This document shows, piece after piece, positions 1-10,487 of a DNA stretch of 64,000 nt. This DNA is from an uncultured Elusimicrobiales bacterium (GTDB lineage Bacteria; Elusimicrobiota; Elusimicrobia; Elusimicrobiales; Elusimicrobiaceae): the NCBI GenBank assembly GCA_944324095.1, contig CALUUY010000001.1:9599-73598 (forward strand), in the 5' to 3' direction. Positions within the stretch are counted from its first letter, which is position 1, and each line of letters starts with the position of its first letter. Position numbers and translations under genes: made by a program. The notes beneath the pieces are model-generated. The model saw only the letters and a program-made list of their open reading frames with translations, did not search any database and had not been told where the DNA came from.

Positions 1-625
1 AGAAGGAATCAAAGTAACACAACCGGCCCAAAAAATTTCCGCTTCTCCGGATTACAACACCATGCATTTGTTGTACACGCAAAAGTCCGCCAAGTTAAAA
101 GACATTTTGTACGTACTTAATAAACGAAGTTTTAACTTTTATGCCGAAATGTTGGTTCGTCACCTGGCGCTAAACGCCGGGGAAAAGGCAACCCTGCAAA
201 ACGGGATTAAACAGCTGGAACTTTGGCTTGAAAAACACAACATACCGCTTAGCGACGTAAAAATATATGACGCCAGCGGCCTTTCGCGCGATAATATGCT
301 AACCGTACGAGCCTTAACAGATACGTTAAACGCAATGTTAAACAGCCCGTATTTTGACGTTTATTACCAAACCCTAGCCACCCCCAATGACCGCGGAGAC
401 CTGCTTCTACTGCGCCGATGGCTTTCCCCTCAAAAACGCATAAACGATGTACACGTTAAAGGCGGTACCATAGACGGAGTAAAAGCAATGGCCGGGTATG
501 TAAAAGACCAAGACGGGCAAATCATTTCCTTTGCTCTAATAGCCAACAACTTGCAAGACAAAAACGAAGCCATCAACCGCATACACGAAGACATTATAAA
601 AAAACTTCTACATACCTCCCCCTAA
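1..625 (+). CDS. dacB: D-alanyl-D-alanine carboxypeptidase/endopeptidase (PBP4, peptidase S13), 5'-truncated by the window edge
   Basis: Frame is open from position 2. Motifs: SxN-like 'KRSFNFYAEML', 'DASGLSRDN', KTG-like 'KGGTIDGVKAMAGYV'. Confidence 0.85.
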   Translation, partial: EGIKVTQPAQKISASPDYNTMHLLYTQKSAKLKDILYVLNKRSFNFYAEMLVRHLALNAGEKATLQNGIKQLELWLEKHNIPLSDVKIYDASGLSRDNMLTVRALTDTLNAMLNSPYFDVYYQTLATPNDRGDLLLLRRWLSPQKRINDVHVKGGTIDGVKAMAGYVKDQDGQIISFALIANNLQDKNEAINRIHEDIIKKLLHTSP

Positions 626-659
626 TAAAAACCCCCGCGTGAAGGCGGGGGTTTTTATT
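624..659. terminator. Rho-independent terminator, bidirectional-looking
   Basis: Perfect inverted repeat aataaaaacccccgc/gcgggggtttttatt directly after the dacB stop. Confidence 0.85.
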
Positions 660-756
660 CAAACAAAATTAGCCGCCAACTAAACGGCTAAAATTTTAGG
701 TAAAAGTTTTCCCCATTAGCTTGATATTCTGGCTTCAACCTTTTGCTTATACACAC

Positions 757-783
757 AAAAGCCCCGGGCATACGCCTGGGGCT
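757..783 (-). terminator. Probable terminator of the MATE gene
   Basis: Hairpin gccccgggc/gcctggggc with a U-tract on the minus strand. Confidence 0.6.
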
Positions 784-803
784 AATCTATTCCCCCCGAA
801 ACA

Positions 804-2171
804 TCAATTCCCTGTCACGCTAATTCGCTTCCATTTTCCGGCCAAAAAGCGCCACAGCATAAACACGGCAGTAAGCGCGGCATAAAACGTAAGCCAGCTC
901 CATACCTGAAACACGCTTCCGCGCAGTTTGTACACAATCACCCACGTGCCCGGTATTAAAAGTATCCACGCGCAAAACAACATTACATACATATAAAACT
1001 TAGTGTCTCCTGCCCCGCGGATAGCTTCGCCAAAAATCAAGTATGTAGCATCAAATAACACAAATATGCTGACCAACTTCATAAGCGGATACGTTTTGGC
1101 GGCAATCTCGGCCGCATCGGCAGACGTAGCCGGGATAAACAATCCCACAAAAAACGGTGCAAAAAAGAAGAAACTCACGCCTATCAACCCGGCATAAGCA
1201 TAGCCTATTTTACACGCATTTTTTACCACTTTTACCGCCAAATCGGAACGTTTTAAACCTTGATATTTACTCACTAAAATTTGGATACCAATCCCCAGCC
1301 CCAAAATAACCGTAAACACCACCGGCTGCATAGACATTACCACATTGCTGGCCTGCAAAGAAATGGTGTCTATATTGCCAATCATAAACGTAAACAGGGT
1401 AAAGGACATAATGTCCATTAAAAACCCAAAGCCGTTTGGTACCCCAAAACGAAGCAAGCGCGAAAATACCGGTTTATAAAAACCAGCTAAACGCGATACT
1501 TTAAACGCCTTGCCAGTTTTAGAAGCAAAAATAAGCGTGGCAAACACCACCGTCATACTGGCGGCCCCCAACACGGTGGCCCAAGCAGCGCCGATGATAC
1601 CCATCTCTGGAAAGCCCAGCTTGCCAAAAATCATCACATAATCCAACACAATGTTTACCGCGTTTCCAAACAAAGCGGTGTACATAGGAACTTTGGTTTT
1701 TCCGCGCCCGCTAAAAAAACTGGCCAAAGCATTGTTAATAACGGAAAAACCACCAAATATATTTAAAATGGTAAAGTACTGTATTTCCAGCGGGGTAACC
1801 TGCGGGCCGTGGTTAAACAGGCGTATAATAGCATTGCCCGCCGGCGTAAGAGACGCTAGCAACAAAGAAGACAACACTGCCAGCAAAATCCCCTGCCAGA
1901 GAGAAACCGTTACCGAGGCAAACTTTTTACGCGCATAATATTGAGAGATAAACACGCTTGTATAAGTAGCCAGCCCCATAAACAGGGAGCCAAACGTCAT
2001 AGCCAATACACCGCCGGGCACACAAGCGGCTAAAGCATCGTGCGAATACCACGCCAGGAACATTCTGTCAGCAAACTGCATAACCACCTGGGAGGCCATA
2101 GTAACAATAAGCGGATAAGATAAAAACCACAGTTCAGACAAAGACGCCTGTGGATACGTTTTTTGACTCAC
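804..2171 (-). CDS. MATE family efflux transporter
   Basis: About 12 TM segments. MATE motifs 'FADRMFLA', 'FFSGRGKTKVPM', 'GFPEMGIIGAAWAT', 'IRGAGDTK'. GTG start. Confidence 0.92.
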   Translation of the reverse strand: MSQKTYPQASLSELWFLSYPLIVTMASQVVMQFADRMFLAWYSHDALAACVPGGVLAMTFGSLFMGLATYTSVFISQYYARKKFASVTVSLWQGILLAVLSSLLLASLTPAGNAIIRLFNHGPQVTPLEIQYFTILNIFGGFSVINNALASFFSGRGKTKVPMYTALFGNAVNIVLDYVMIFGKLGFPEMGIIGAAWATVLGAASMTVVFATLIFASKTGKAFKVSRLAGFYKPVFSRLLRFGVPNGFGFLMDIMSFTLFTFMIGNIDTISLQASNVVMSMQPVVFTVILGLGIGIQILVSKYQGLKRSDLAVKVVKNACKIGYAYAGLIGVSFFFFAPFFVGLFIPATSADAAEIAAKTYPLMKLVSIFVLFDATYLIFGEAIRGAGDTKFYMYVMLFCAWILLIPGTWVIVYKLRGSVFQVWSWLTFYAALTAVFMLWRFLAGKWKRISVTGN

Positions 2172-2194
2172 TTTCTTCTCCTAATTCTACCCAC

Positions 2195-2224
2195 AAAAAA
2201 GACCTGCCCTTTAAGAGCAGGTCT
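2195..2224 (-). terminator. Terminator of the cold-shock gene
   Basis: Hairpin agacctgc/gcaggtct followed by U6 on the minus strand. Confidence 0.75.
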
Positions 2225-2245
2225 GTTCAGTAGTTAAACTTAAAA

Positions 2246-2449
2246 TTACAGTTTGCGAACTTTAACTGCTTTGGGGCCTTTTTCAGACTCAACAATATCA
2301 AATTCAACTTCCTGACCTTCAGCTAAGGTTTTAAAACCATCGCCTTGGATTTCCTGATAGTGAACAAAGAGATCTTTGGAACCATCTTCGGGGGTTACGA
2401 AGCCGTAACCTTTCTGGTCGTTAAACCATTTTACTTTTCCTTTAGCCAT
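2246..2449 (-). CDS. cspA: Cold-shock protein (CspA family)
   Basis: '[15 protein letters not shown]', 'DLFVHY', '[13 protein letters not shown]'; 67 aa. Confidence 0.96.
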   Translation of the reverse strand: MAKGKVKWFNDQKGYGFVTPEDGSKDLFVHYQEIQGDGFKTLAEGQEVEFDIVESEKGPKAVKVRKL

Positions 2450-2599
2450 TTTACTTTTTACTTCCTTATTTAATTATATCAGGTGCTTGAACTTAACAAG
2501 TACCTACAATTATTATACTATAAATCCAAAATATTTTACACGGTATATTTTTATTTTTTTCTTCTTACATACCACTGTGTTATAGTATATAATTATTTT

Positions 2600-3574
2600 A
2601 TGAAAATAATAGAATGTGTGCCCAATATTTCTTTATCCGGCCAGCCGCGCAAATTACAATCTATTTTACGCGCTATACAATCCGTCCCGCACACGGCTCT
2701 TTTACACCTGGACGAAAACCCCTCTGCCAATCGTACCGTCCTTACTTTTGCGGGAGAGGCTTCCTGCGTTGTACAAGCGGCCTTGGCGTGCATTACCGCT
2801 TCTTTGCAACAAATAGACATGCGCCAACATTTTGGGGCACACCCCCGCTTGGGGGCGGTGGACGTCTGCCCCCTGGTTCCCATACAAAATATTACCCTGC
2901 AGGAAACCGCCCAACTGGCCCAGGGCTTAGCCCGTCAAGCAGCTAAAGAAAACCGGCTCCCCGTTTATTTGTATGAAGCCGCCGCCCAAACCTCCGCACG
3001 CAAAAACTTGGCAGATGTACGCCGCGGGGAATATGAAAGCCTACCCCATAAACTACAAACTTTTCCGCCGGATTTTGGCCCTGTTGTTTGGAATGAGCAT
3101 ACCCAAAAAACAGGCGCCTGCGTAATAGGCGCGCGCAAACCGCTTATTGCCTTTAACATAAACCTCAACACGCAAGACCCTGCCCCCGCTAAAAAAATTG
3201 CCGCCGCCGTGCGCGAAAAAGGCGGCGGATTGCCAACCGTAAAAGCCATCGGCTGGTATATGCAAAATTTTAACCGTGCGCAAATATCCTGCAATTTAAC
3301 GGATTTTGAAACCACCGGCCCGGCCCAAGTATTTGAAGCCTGCCGCCGGCTGGCAAAAGATTTAGGTTTTCAAGTTACCGGGTGTGAACTGGTGGGGCTT
3401 ATCCCGCGCCAAGCCCTTGTGCAAGCCGGGCAGTTTTACGCAGAAGACAAAGAGGTGTCCCCGCAAGAATTAATACAACTGGCCGTTAATCATTTAAACT
3501 TAAATGACGTGAAGCCGTTTCGTCCGCAAGACCAAATACTGGAAGAACGTTTACAGGCGTGTTTAAACAATTAA
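2600..3574 (+). CDS. ftcD: Glutamate formiminotransferase
   Basis: 'IIECVPNIS', 'NRTVLTF', 'IDMRQHFGAHPRLGAVDVCPLVP', 'PVYLYE', 'GARKPLIAFNINL'. Start reassigned to ATG 2600 (MKIIEC). Confidence 0.9.
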   Translation: MKIIECVPNISLSGQPRKLQSILRAIQSVPHTALLHLDENPSANRTVLTFAGEASCVVQAALACITASLQQIDMRQHFGAHPRLGAVDVCPLVPIQNITLQETAQLAQGLARQAAKENRLPVYLYEAAAQTSARKNLADVRRGEYESLPHKLQTFPPDFGPVVWNEHTQKTGACVIGARKPLIAFNINLNTQDPAPAKKIAAAVREKGGGLPTVKAIGWYMQNFNRAQISCNLTDFETTGPAQVFEACRRLAKDLGFQVTGCELVGLIPRQALVQAGQFYAEDKEVSPQELIQLAVNHLNLNDVKPFRPQDQILEERLQACLNN

Positions 3575-4365
3575 AGCGGCTGATTGGTTAATAGCTGCGT
3601 CATTTGTTTAAACTGAACAGCTGTAATTTGTTCCGCGCGGGTTTGAAAGGAAAGGCCCGTTTGTTCCAACGTTTGGGCTACCCGGTCTTTAGCATAACCG
3701 GCTAATAAAAGGGAGTTATATATCGTTTTCCGGCGGTGTAAAAAGGCAGCTGTTACCAGCTTTTTAAAGGGGGCCCACTGCCCGGGTGCAATAAACGGCT
3801 GGGGAAGTTTTTCAAACGTAAGCACGGCACTTTGCACTTTGGGGGGCGGATTAAAGCAACCTTTACCCACATTGCAAAGCAAAGCAATTTTAGCGCGGGA
3901 CTGGCTAAGTATGGAAAGCGGGCCGTAAAACTCCCCCCCGGCCTGCGCCTGAATACGGTTAGCTTGTTCCTTTTGAAACATAAATACAGCGGCAGAAAAA
4001 TGGGCAAAACCAAGTGCCTTGTCCAAAATATCTGCTGCCGCTACATAAGGCAAATTTCCCACAAACAACGTGTCTTGCACGCCCAACAGTGCATCCGGCT
4101 GGAGTGAAAAGTCCCCCGGCAAAATTTCTACCCCGGCCTGCGGCGGTAAATGCTCACGTAAAAAAGAAATCATCTCCGGGTCAATTTCCGCCGCTTTAAA
4201 GTTTTTAAAACCAGCCTTAATCAGCGCAAAAGTAAGCGCTCCTTTACCGGGGCCAATTTCCACCAACTGGCCGCTTTTTAAGCGCTGTGCCGCTTGCACA
4301 ATTTGTTCAATAATGTTTTCGTTTACCAAAAAATGCTGACCGTAACGCTGGCTCATTTTACGCAT
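3571..4365 (-). CDS. rsmA: 16S rRNA m6,2A dimethyltransferase KsgA
   Basis: 'YGQHFL', 'VEIGPGKGALT', 'VGNLPY', 'MFQKE', 'FNPPPKVQSAV'. Confidence 0.95.
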   Translation of the reverse strand: MRKMSQRYGQHFLVNENIIEQIVQAAQRLKSGQLVEIGPGKGALTFALIKAGFKNFKAAEIDPEMISFLREHLPPQAGVEILPGDFSLQPDALLGVQDTLFVGNLPYVAAADILDKALGFAHFSAAVFMFQKEQANRIQAQAGGEFYGPLSILSQSRAKIALLCNVGKGCFNPPPKVQSAVLTFEKLPQPFIAPGQWAPFKKLVTAAFLHRRKTIYNSLLLAGYAKDRVAQTLEQTGLSFQTRAEQITAVQFKQMTQLLTNQPL

Positions 4366-4367
4366 AG

Positions 4368-6065
4368 TTATTCCTCTTGTAAAATTTCCAAATTTTTTTT
4401 GGCTGTTTTATTTTTAGGATTCATTTCCAACGCGCGGGTATAAAAGTTTTTGGCGTCTTCATCCTTGCCGGAAATGACCGCCGCCGTACCCAACCCCATA
4501 AGAGGCAAATCATCAGCCGCGGCAGCTTGGCGGGCTGCTTCAAAATATTGGGCCGCTTGGGTTCCGTCCCCCGCCACCAAATAGGCAAGGCCAGTAAGAA
4601 GAGCATTCTCTTCTTTCCCTAAGCCCGCTTCTGCACCGGAAAGATCGTCTAACGCGTCTTTCACCAACGCCAACCAAGATTTACCCGTTACCCACAGCCC
4701 CATATCATTACCCACCATACGCGGGTCATAAGCGGCGCGCGGGGCGGAGGAATTGTTTTGCGTTAAGGCTTGGGGGGAGGCATAATCCAGCGTACGCCCT
4801 TGTAAAGAAAGGGTAACATCATATTTGCCTTCGCCTTGTTTAACGGCTTGTTCAAGGCCGGAAATAAACTCGTTTATTTGGGCTTCCCGCTGGGCTTGGG
4901 AGCCGGACGTTAATACAAAACTGCGTTTAAATGCCATAGGCAAAGTGTCCTGCGGCCCCGGAAGAGCAGAGGAAGAACGTAACTTTTGATAAGCCTGTTC
5001 AAACGCGCCGGAAGATTTATCCGGTTGCTTATCCTGCGGTTTAACCAAAGGGGTGTATTCTAAACCCACCTCTATATTTACGTCTTTGGAAGCAGGCACG
5101 CGGGACAAATTTTTACGAAAGCTTTCTATCTCTTTGGCAAAATCTTCGGCAGTTCGCCCGCTGGAACTATACACCGCATTTAAAGCAAGCCCTTCTTGCT
5201 TAAAACGAACGATAGAAAATGCCCCATCCAGCACTTCCCGCGCTTTGACGGGTTCTTTTTGCTGATAATAAAGTTTAGCCAACAACAAACGGGCCACAAA
5301 GTCCCCCGGTTTGGTGCGGACAGCTTTTTTATAATATTTTAAAGCGGATGAATCGTCCCCCATTTTTTCATACAAAGCGCCCAAAGAAAGCATTGCGTCT
5401 TCATATCCCCAAAATAACGAAAGGGCTTTTTTAAAACTGGCCTCAGCTTGTTCATCCCGGCCCATACGTTCATACAAAGCGCCTAATTGATAGTGATATA
5501 ACGGCTCCTGCGGGGCCAGCTCCACCGCGCGGCGGTAGTGTTCAAGGGCTTTATCCCACTCTTTTTGGGCGGCGTAGGTAGAGGCTAAATTCATATTCGT
5601 ATCGGCTTTATCCGGCTCCAATTCATAGGATTTTTGAAAATAATCCTGTGCTTGGGGCAGGTCTCCCTTCCAGCCATAGGCAATGCCCAATAATTGATAC
5701 GCCAGCGCATTTTGCGGATCTAAGTGAAGCGCTTCGCGGTATTCACTCATAGCCTCATCCACTTTGCCACTCCAGTATAAAGCGGCCCCTAAAAGCAAAA
5801 AGCCCATAGGATCTTTGGGGTTTTTAATGACGGCCTTAGCAAAGGAATTTTGCGCGTCTTTATAACGGGCAAAATTCATTTCCCGCAAACCACGCACCAT
5901 ATCTGAGCGGGCTTGGTCTTGCATCATTTGATCCCACACCGTGTTAGAATAATCAGTACGGATACTGGGCTTACTAAAAGAAAAAGGAAAAACCGCCCCC
6001 CACCCTAACGAAACTTGGCTAATAAACACCAACAAATATACCCATTTTGCCCCTGTTTTAAACAT
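4368..6065 (-). CDS. Exported TPR-repeat protein
   Basis: Signal-like N-terminus from ATG 6065 (MFKTG). About 7 tandem TPRs, an unknown central domain, then C-terminal TPRs. Confidence 0.8.
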   Translation of the reverse strand: MFKTGAKWVYLLVFISQVSLGWGAVFPFSFSKPSIRTDYSNTVWDQMMQDQARSDMVRGLREMNFARYKDAQNSFAKAVIKNPKDPMGFLLLGAALYWSGKVDEAMSEYREALHLDPQNALAYQLLGIAYGWKGDLPQAQDYFQKSYELEPDKADTNMNLASTYAAQKEWDKALEHYRRAVELAPQEPLYHYQLGALYERMGRDEQAEASFKKALSLFWGYEDAMLSLGALYEKMGDDSSALKYYKKAVRTKPGDFVARLLLAKLYYQQKEPVKAREVLDGAFSIVRFKQEGLALNAVYSSSGRTAEDFAKEIESFRKNLSRVPASKDVNIEVGLEYTPLVKPQDKQPDKSSGAFEQAYQKLRSSSALPGPQDTLPMAFKRSFVLTSGSQAQREAQINEFISGLEQAVKQGEGKYDVTLSLQGRTLDYASPQALTQNNSSAPRAAYDPRMVGNDMGLWVTGKSWLALVKDALDDLSGAEAGLGKEENALLTGLAYLVAGDGTQAAQYFEAARQAAAADDLPLMGLGTAAVISGKDEDAKNFYTRALEMNPKNKTAKKNLEILQEE

Positions 6066-6266
6066 AAATATATGATAGATAAAAACCTTACCGCCGGGCA
6101 ACCTATTATACGTATTTGTTGCCGGTAGAATTTAAACCATATTTTAAACCTACCAGCGGGCACACCCCGCCCGAATTAAAAGCTAATAACACAGGATAAA
6201 AGTTTAATCCCTTTAAAAAATAACAGCGAAATAACATCCTAAAAATTTCCGGTAAAAATACCCCAT

Positions 6267-6298
6267 AAAAACAGGGCCCGCGTTAGCGGGCCCTGTTT
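6267..6298 (-). terminator. Terminator closing the Gly-rich protein array
   Basis: Perfect hairpin aaacagggcccgc/gcgggccctgttt with a U-tract on the minus strand. Confidence 0.85.
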
Positions 6299-6317
6299 CA
6301 TAAAACTACAATCTCAT

Positions 6318-9300
6318 TTAATTTACTACACGCTGCCCGGCCGTTCCGTGCGCGCTGTCATTACCATATCTGCGGCGGTCAACATCAGTCTTGTCATACC
6401 CAGTCTGCGGTTTAAAGTTCAAACCGTTACGGCAGAGCAAGTTCAGATACTGCAACACATCACTCACGCCCATTCTGAGACCATCGGCATAAACATCACA
6501 GCCGTTAGTATTATAGAATGGAGTATTGTAAGCATTGTGATAATCATTGCGTCTTTGTTGCGTACCAGTCGTACTATCTTTTGCGTTACCGCTCCACTTA
6601 TTATAGGCAGCATTGCCAGCAGACCCGGAATAAGAGGGGTCACGAGACGAAGGCAAATTCACAGCAGCCGATAAAGTGCTGTAATTTAACTTCATAGCCC
6701 CTAACGGATAATAACCATCATTTCCAATACCGTGTTCTGCCAAGGTATCCTGATATCCCTTAAATCCAGCAGGATAATTATCATCTATCCCGTTAAACCC
6801 GGCACCGCTGTCCCAATAGCTGTGGTCATAATAGCCCCAATGATATGTAGGCTCAACCGGCACAGATTTACCCGACTGTTTTTGTACACAGTTTTCACTG
6901 GCAGAAACGCCAGTAAAGCGAGGATCTAAACAAGTCCGGTTATCAATATTTACCGTCTGCATGGGGAACAGATAAGAATCTGGCCCTACATACACCGCAA
7001 AAGTACCAAATACGTTGTTCAGCTTCTGGCGTTGCGGCGTGGTTGGATCGGCAGAGATTTGCGCAATAGAACGCGCCAAATAGCACACACTGCGCACAGG
7101 CACGGTATTATCGTTGGTTTCTTTAGACATATAGTCCAACACAATCAGATAATCCATCGTAGTCAGCCACCATTGGCCGCGCGTTTCTTTTTGCTTTAAA
7201 ATACGCTGGGCCGTAGCAATAGCCTGTTCTGCTTTCTTATTAGCTAATTCTAACTTTGCATATTGAGGATCACTCACGGGTACAGCGGATTTTTTAAGTT
7301 TCTCAATAGAGGCTTTATTGGTGTTCACTGCCGCTTGGTTTTCTTTTACCACATTTCCCAGCACTTTTTCGGCCGTAGCTTGGCATTCTCTACAATAAAT
7401 GGGGGTGTTTTTATACGCCTCATTGATGGACATACTTTCCGTTCCGCCATTGTAGAACACCAAGCTCTTTGCAGGAGCGCCTGTAAAGGTGCTCGGGTCA
7501 CACGAATAGTTAGCCAAAGAACCTCCAGCCTGCACTTCCACTACAGGAGCAGGCGCAGGTTCCGCCTTATCCGCCTCCACCGGCACTTCATCAGCCGCCG
7601 TGCGCTGGCTGGCTCTTTCCACCGCCTGCCACGCCACATTGGCTTTTACTTTCCCGTCAGAGCCGCTCATATCAAAACCCGGTTTTAATTTACCATTTTC
7701 AACCAGTTCCGGATATTGCTGCATCAACAGTTTACGGGCATCCTTAATTTTATACTGCTGGGTTTGGGTTGCCCCGTCTTTCTTAGCAGTACCGGCCACC
7801 GGCTCTATTTCAGAAGCAGGAACCGTTACCTGATAGTTTTTACCCTCACCTTCATAAGTAATTACAGCCGTTACATCATAGGCTTTAAACTCTGTGGTAG
7901 AAGGAATTTTTAACGTAGCCACAGGGCTGTTGTTGGTAATTTTTTCACCCAAGATGGCCAGGTCTGTAAAGTCGCACGGAGTGGTTAAGATGTAATCAAA
8001 CGGATCACGTTCCTTGCGGCTAAACACTTTGTCCACGTTCTTTTCCTGACCGGCAGAGCGGCCTTTAGTGCGTTGGATGTAGCTGCGGTCAAAGTCAAAG
8101 TAAATCATAGGCATAGCGGGCAGTTTATCGTTGTTCTTGCTTACTTTGCCATCTACCGCTAAAGGCTGCTTGGTTACCACCCCACGGATGTATCTAAGCT
8201 GCAAACGTCCAAACGCTTGTTTGGCAGCGTTATAAGCCGTTTGATAACCCGGGTCGTGTTCTAATTCATAGAAGGTATTGGCTTTGCTGCCCTGAAGCTG
8301 AGCCAAAAGCAACATGGTCTCTTCTTTGAATTTGCGCCATTCAAATTCCTGACCGGAACCTAAATAGATTACACAGTCGTGATAGTTAATTTCCACATCA
8401 TTGTTTTCGTCTCCGGCTTTGCCGGCATCGGCATTGATGTCTTCATAACTATAACGCCCTTGCACGCGCCCGCTTTGTTGGGAACGTTTGGCAAAGTTGT
8501 TGCCAACCGTTACCTCACCAGAACGACGGGCCTGTTCCAAGGAGTGTTCCATCTTTTCAATTTCCGCCTTTAATTCATAGGCAGAATATTCCACCCCGTT
8601 AATAGTAGCTACCTGGCGATTGCGTTTATACGCAGGTTGCGTTTTGGAAGCTGTTTCTATTTGCTGTAAGCGGGTTCTTGCTTGAGAAAGCAAACGATAG
8701 GCTTCATCTAAAGAAACAGCCGGCACTACGTCTTCCGCACCCGTAGAAGTGGTTTTAGTGTACTGGCGGGAACTATCAAATCCGCACAGACGTTTACCAT
8801 CACCAAACGGGCTATTGTTACGCGCCACAACAAAGTGGTAAGCATGCCAACTGGAAGCACTGCCCTGTAAATGGATGGAATAAACTTTGTTGATGTCAAA
8901 GTCCGCACAAGCGGCCCGACCTTTGCCTCTGGCAGAAGAAATATCGGCATATTTATTTAAGCCTTTCTTGCCATAGCGGCCAAAACCCCAGCCTAAACAA
9001 TCTAAACGGGTTTTGATAAATCCGCCGCCGGCGGCCTTAGCAGACTGCCAAGTACAACCCATTGCACCGCCGCCTTTTTCGTTTTTGCACCATTTATCAA
9101 ATTTCCCAACAACTTGTATATTGGGATTGACTTGTAAAAGCTCGTCTGCAGAGTGAAATACTTTATCGTTACACTTACAACCTTCTTCTTGGGCCGCTTC
9201 TCCGCTGGCACCAAACATTTCACCCATAGCGCCGTCATCTTCACCGGTCAACAAGCAGTTAATCAAACCGCCCAAAATATTTTGAGCCAATTTGTCTGCC

Positions 9301-10301
9301 CAGCCAATCCAGTCCCATTTGCGGTTTAAACGTTTTTCCCATTCCATCTGAGAGCGGGTGGCCATCAAGTCCCACCACCAAGGCTTGAGACTTCCGGCTT
9401 GGAGAGAGTGCGGCAAATTACTTGCGCCGCCGCCACCGCGCGCTTCGGCTCCGCCAAGACCGCCAATTCGGCCTGACTTAATCGGAGCATACTGCGCATC
9501 CCGCAAAGCCTGCATAGCATTGGCTTTGGTTAATGCTTGGGCAGAACGGCGGGCTTGTTCTCCAGAGCCCATACCAAAATATCCACGCTGCGGGCGTCCT
9601 ACCGCCTGCAACGGCTGTAAAGACACCGGCTTAGGCGGTGTTTTAGGCGCATCTGCACCCACTTTTTTGGCGGCACCTTTTAAGCTACCACCCCAGGGGG
9701 TTACATTCAAACCACCGCCGGCAGAGGCCATAGCGGCACGCCCCATCTCTTTAATTTTGGTGGTAGAACGGCGCACCGCAGCACGCGTAGCAGGAGCAGC
9801 GGTTCTTCTGTAAATATTGGTTGTTGTTTCCGTGGTAGGAGACGACGTATAAGCAGAAGAAGAACCGTCATCACCCAAGCCGCTGCGGTCATAATCATAG
9901 CTTACGTCCGCAGAAGTGTCTTCATCACTTCCCCAACCTTTAATCAAGCTAAGCGGGTCACGAGCAGAAAGCTGTGCTATCTGATCATCCGGATCCGTTA
10001 CGGCTGTATCAAAGCCATAGCGTTCCGGGTCAAAAACGGTATCCTCGCTGGCAGGGGCAATAACGGGCTCTTCGTTAACTTGGCCGCTGTATTTATACAA
10101 AAACGGCAATAACAAAAGAGCTACTAACGCCGCAATAAAAAACGGCGCGTCCCGCTTGGTGCGCTCAAAGAGCGTTTTCTTCGGGCGGCCATTGCTCCCT
10201 ATCTTGGAGGAAATACGATTAGCAAAAGATGCAGAAGCAGCAGATTTGCTGTTTCTTATCTTATCGCTAAAGGTAAAACTGTCCTTTTTTTCCTCTGGCA
10301 T
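6318..10301 (-). CDS. Large (1327 aa) N-terminally membrane-anchored hypothetical protein; Gly/Ser-rich stalk and Cys-containing C-terminal region
   Basis: Single TM 'PFFIAALVALLLLPFLY', GGAGG RBS, Trp-rich segment 'KPWWWDLM...KWDWIGW'. No recognised domain. Confidence 0.8.
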   Translation of the reverse strand: MPEEKKDSFTFSDKIRNSKSAASASFANRISSKIGSNGRPKKTLFERTKRDAPFFIAALVALLLLPFLYKYSGQVNEEPVIAPASEDTVFDPERYGFDTAVTDPDDQIAQLSARDPLSLIKGWGSDEDTSADVSYDYDRSGLGDDGSSSAYTSSPTTETTTNIYRRTAAPATRAAVRRSTTKIKEMGRAAMASAGGGLNVTPWGGSLKGAAKKVGADAPKTPPKPVSLQPLQAVGRPQRGYFGMGSGEQARRSAQALTKANAMQALRDAQYAPIKSGRIGGLGGAEARGGGGASNLPHSLQAGSLKPWWWDLMATRSQMEWEKRLNRKWDWIGWADKLAQNILGGLINCLLTGEDDGAMGEMFGASGEAAQEEGCKCNDKVFHSADELLQVNPNIQVVGKFDKWCKNEKGGGAMGCTWQSAKAAGGGFIKTRLDCLGWGFGRYGKKGLNKYADISSARGKGRAACADFDINKVYSIHLQGSASSWHAYHFVVARNNSPFGDGKRLCGFDSSRQYTKTTSTGAEDVVPAVSLDEAYRLLSQARTRLQQIETASKTQPAYKRNRQVATINGVEYSAYELKAEIEKMEHSLEQARRSGEVTVGNNFAKRSQQSGRVQGRYSYEDINADAGKAGDENNDVEINYHDCVIYLGSGQEFEWRKFKEETMLLLAQLQGSKANTFYELEHDPGYQTAYNAAKQAFGRLQLRYIRGVVTKQPLAVDGKVSKNNDKLPAMPMIYFDFDRSYIQRTKGRSAGQEKNVDKVFSRKERDPFDYILTTPCDFTDLAILGEKITNNSPVATLKIPSTTEFKAYDVTAVITYEGEGKNYQVTVPASEIEPVAGTAKKDGATQTQQYKIKDARKLLMQQYPELVENGKLKPGFDMSGSDGKVKANVAWQAVERASQRTAADEVPVEADKAEPAPAPVVEVQAGGSLANYSCDPSTFTGAPAKSLVFYNGGTESMSINEAYKNTPIYCRECQATAEKVLGNVVKENQAAVNTNKASIEKLKKSAVPVSDPQYAKLELANKKAEQAIATAQRILKQKETRGQWWLTTMDYLIVLDYMSKETNDNTVPVRSVCYLARSIAQISADPTTPQRQKLNNVFGTFAVYVGPDSYLFPMQTVNIDNRTCLDPRFTGVSASENCVQKQSGKSVPVEPTYHWGYYDHSYWDSGAGFNGIDDNYPAGFKGYQDTLAEHGIGNDGYYPLGAMKLNYSTLSAAVNLPSSRDPSYSGSAGNAAYNKWSGNAKDSTTGTQQRRNDYHNAYNTPFYNTNGCDVYADGLRMGVSDVLQYLNLLCRNGLNFKPQTGYDKTDVDRRRYGNDSAHGTAGQRVVN

Positions 10302-10450
10302 AAGTGCCTCCTATAAAATAAAATTTACCTATAAATATAAACCAGGCTGGAATTGCCGGATTTATTAAATCCCCAATTACACAACCTTTACCTTGGCTTA
10401 ATTTGTCCGTCTCCCCAAACAACGGGGCACATCTTACAGCTTATACTACT

Positions 10451-10479
10451 ATCTTAGCAACTGAAATTTAAATAATCAA
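10451..10479 (-). promoter_or_regulatory. Putative sigma70 promoter for the 1327-aa gene
   Basis: TTGATT-N17-TAAGAT with an extended -10 TG. Confidence 0.5.
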
Positions 10480-10487
10480 GGCCCAAT

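Noticed and set aside
2483-2599. N-terminal extension of FtcD in the ORF track
   Set aside because: AT-rich divergent promoter region; the family-typical start is MKIIEC at 2600.
6085-6160. ops-like GGCGGTAAG and an imperfect inverted repeat upstream of the TPR gene
   Set aside because: Does not match GGCGGTAG exactly and precedes only a short two-gene unit; likely chance.
10302-10450. c-di-GMP riboswitch in the long leaders (also 16985-17096 and 39562-39690)
   Set aside because: Hairpins are present, but I could not match the class I or II consensus by eye. An Rfam scan would settle it.
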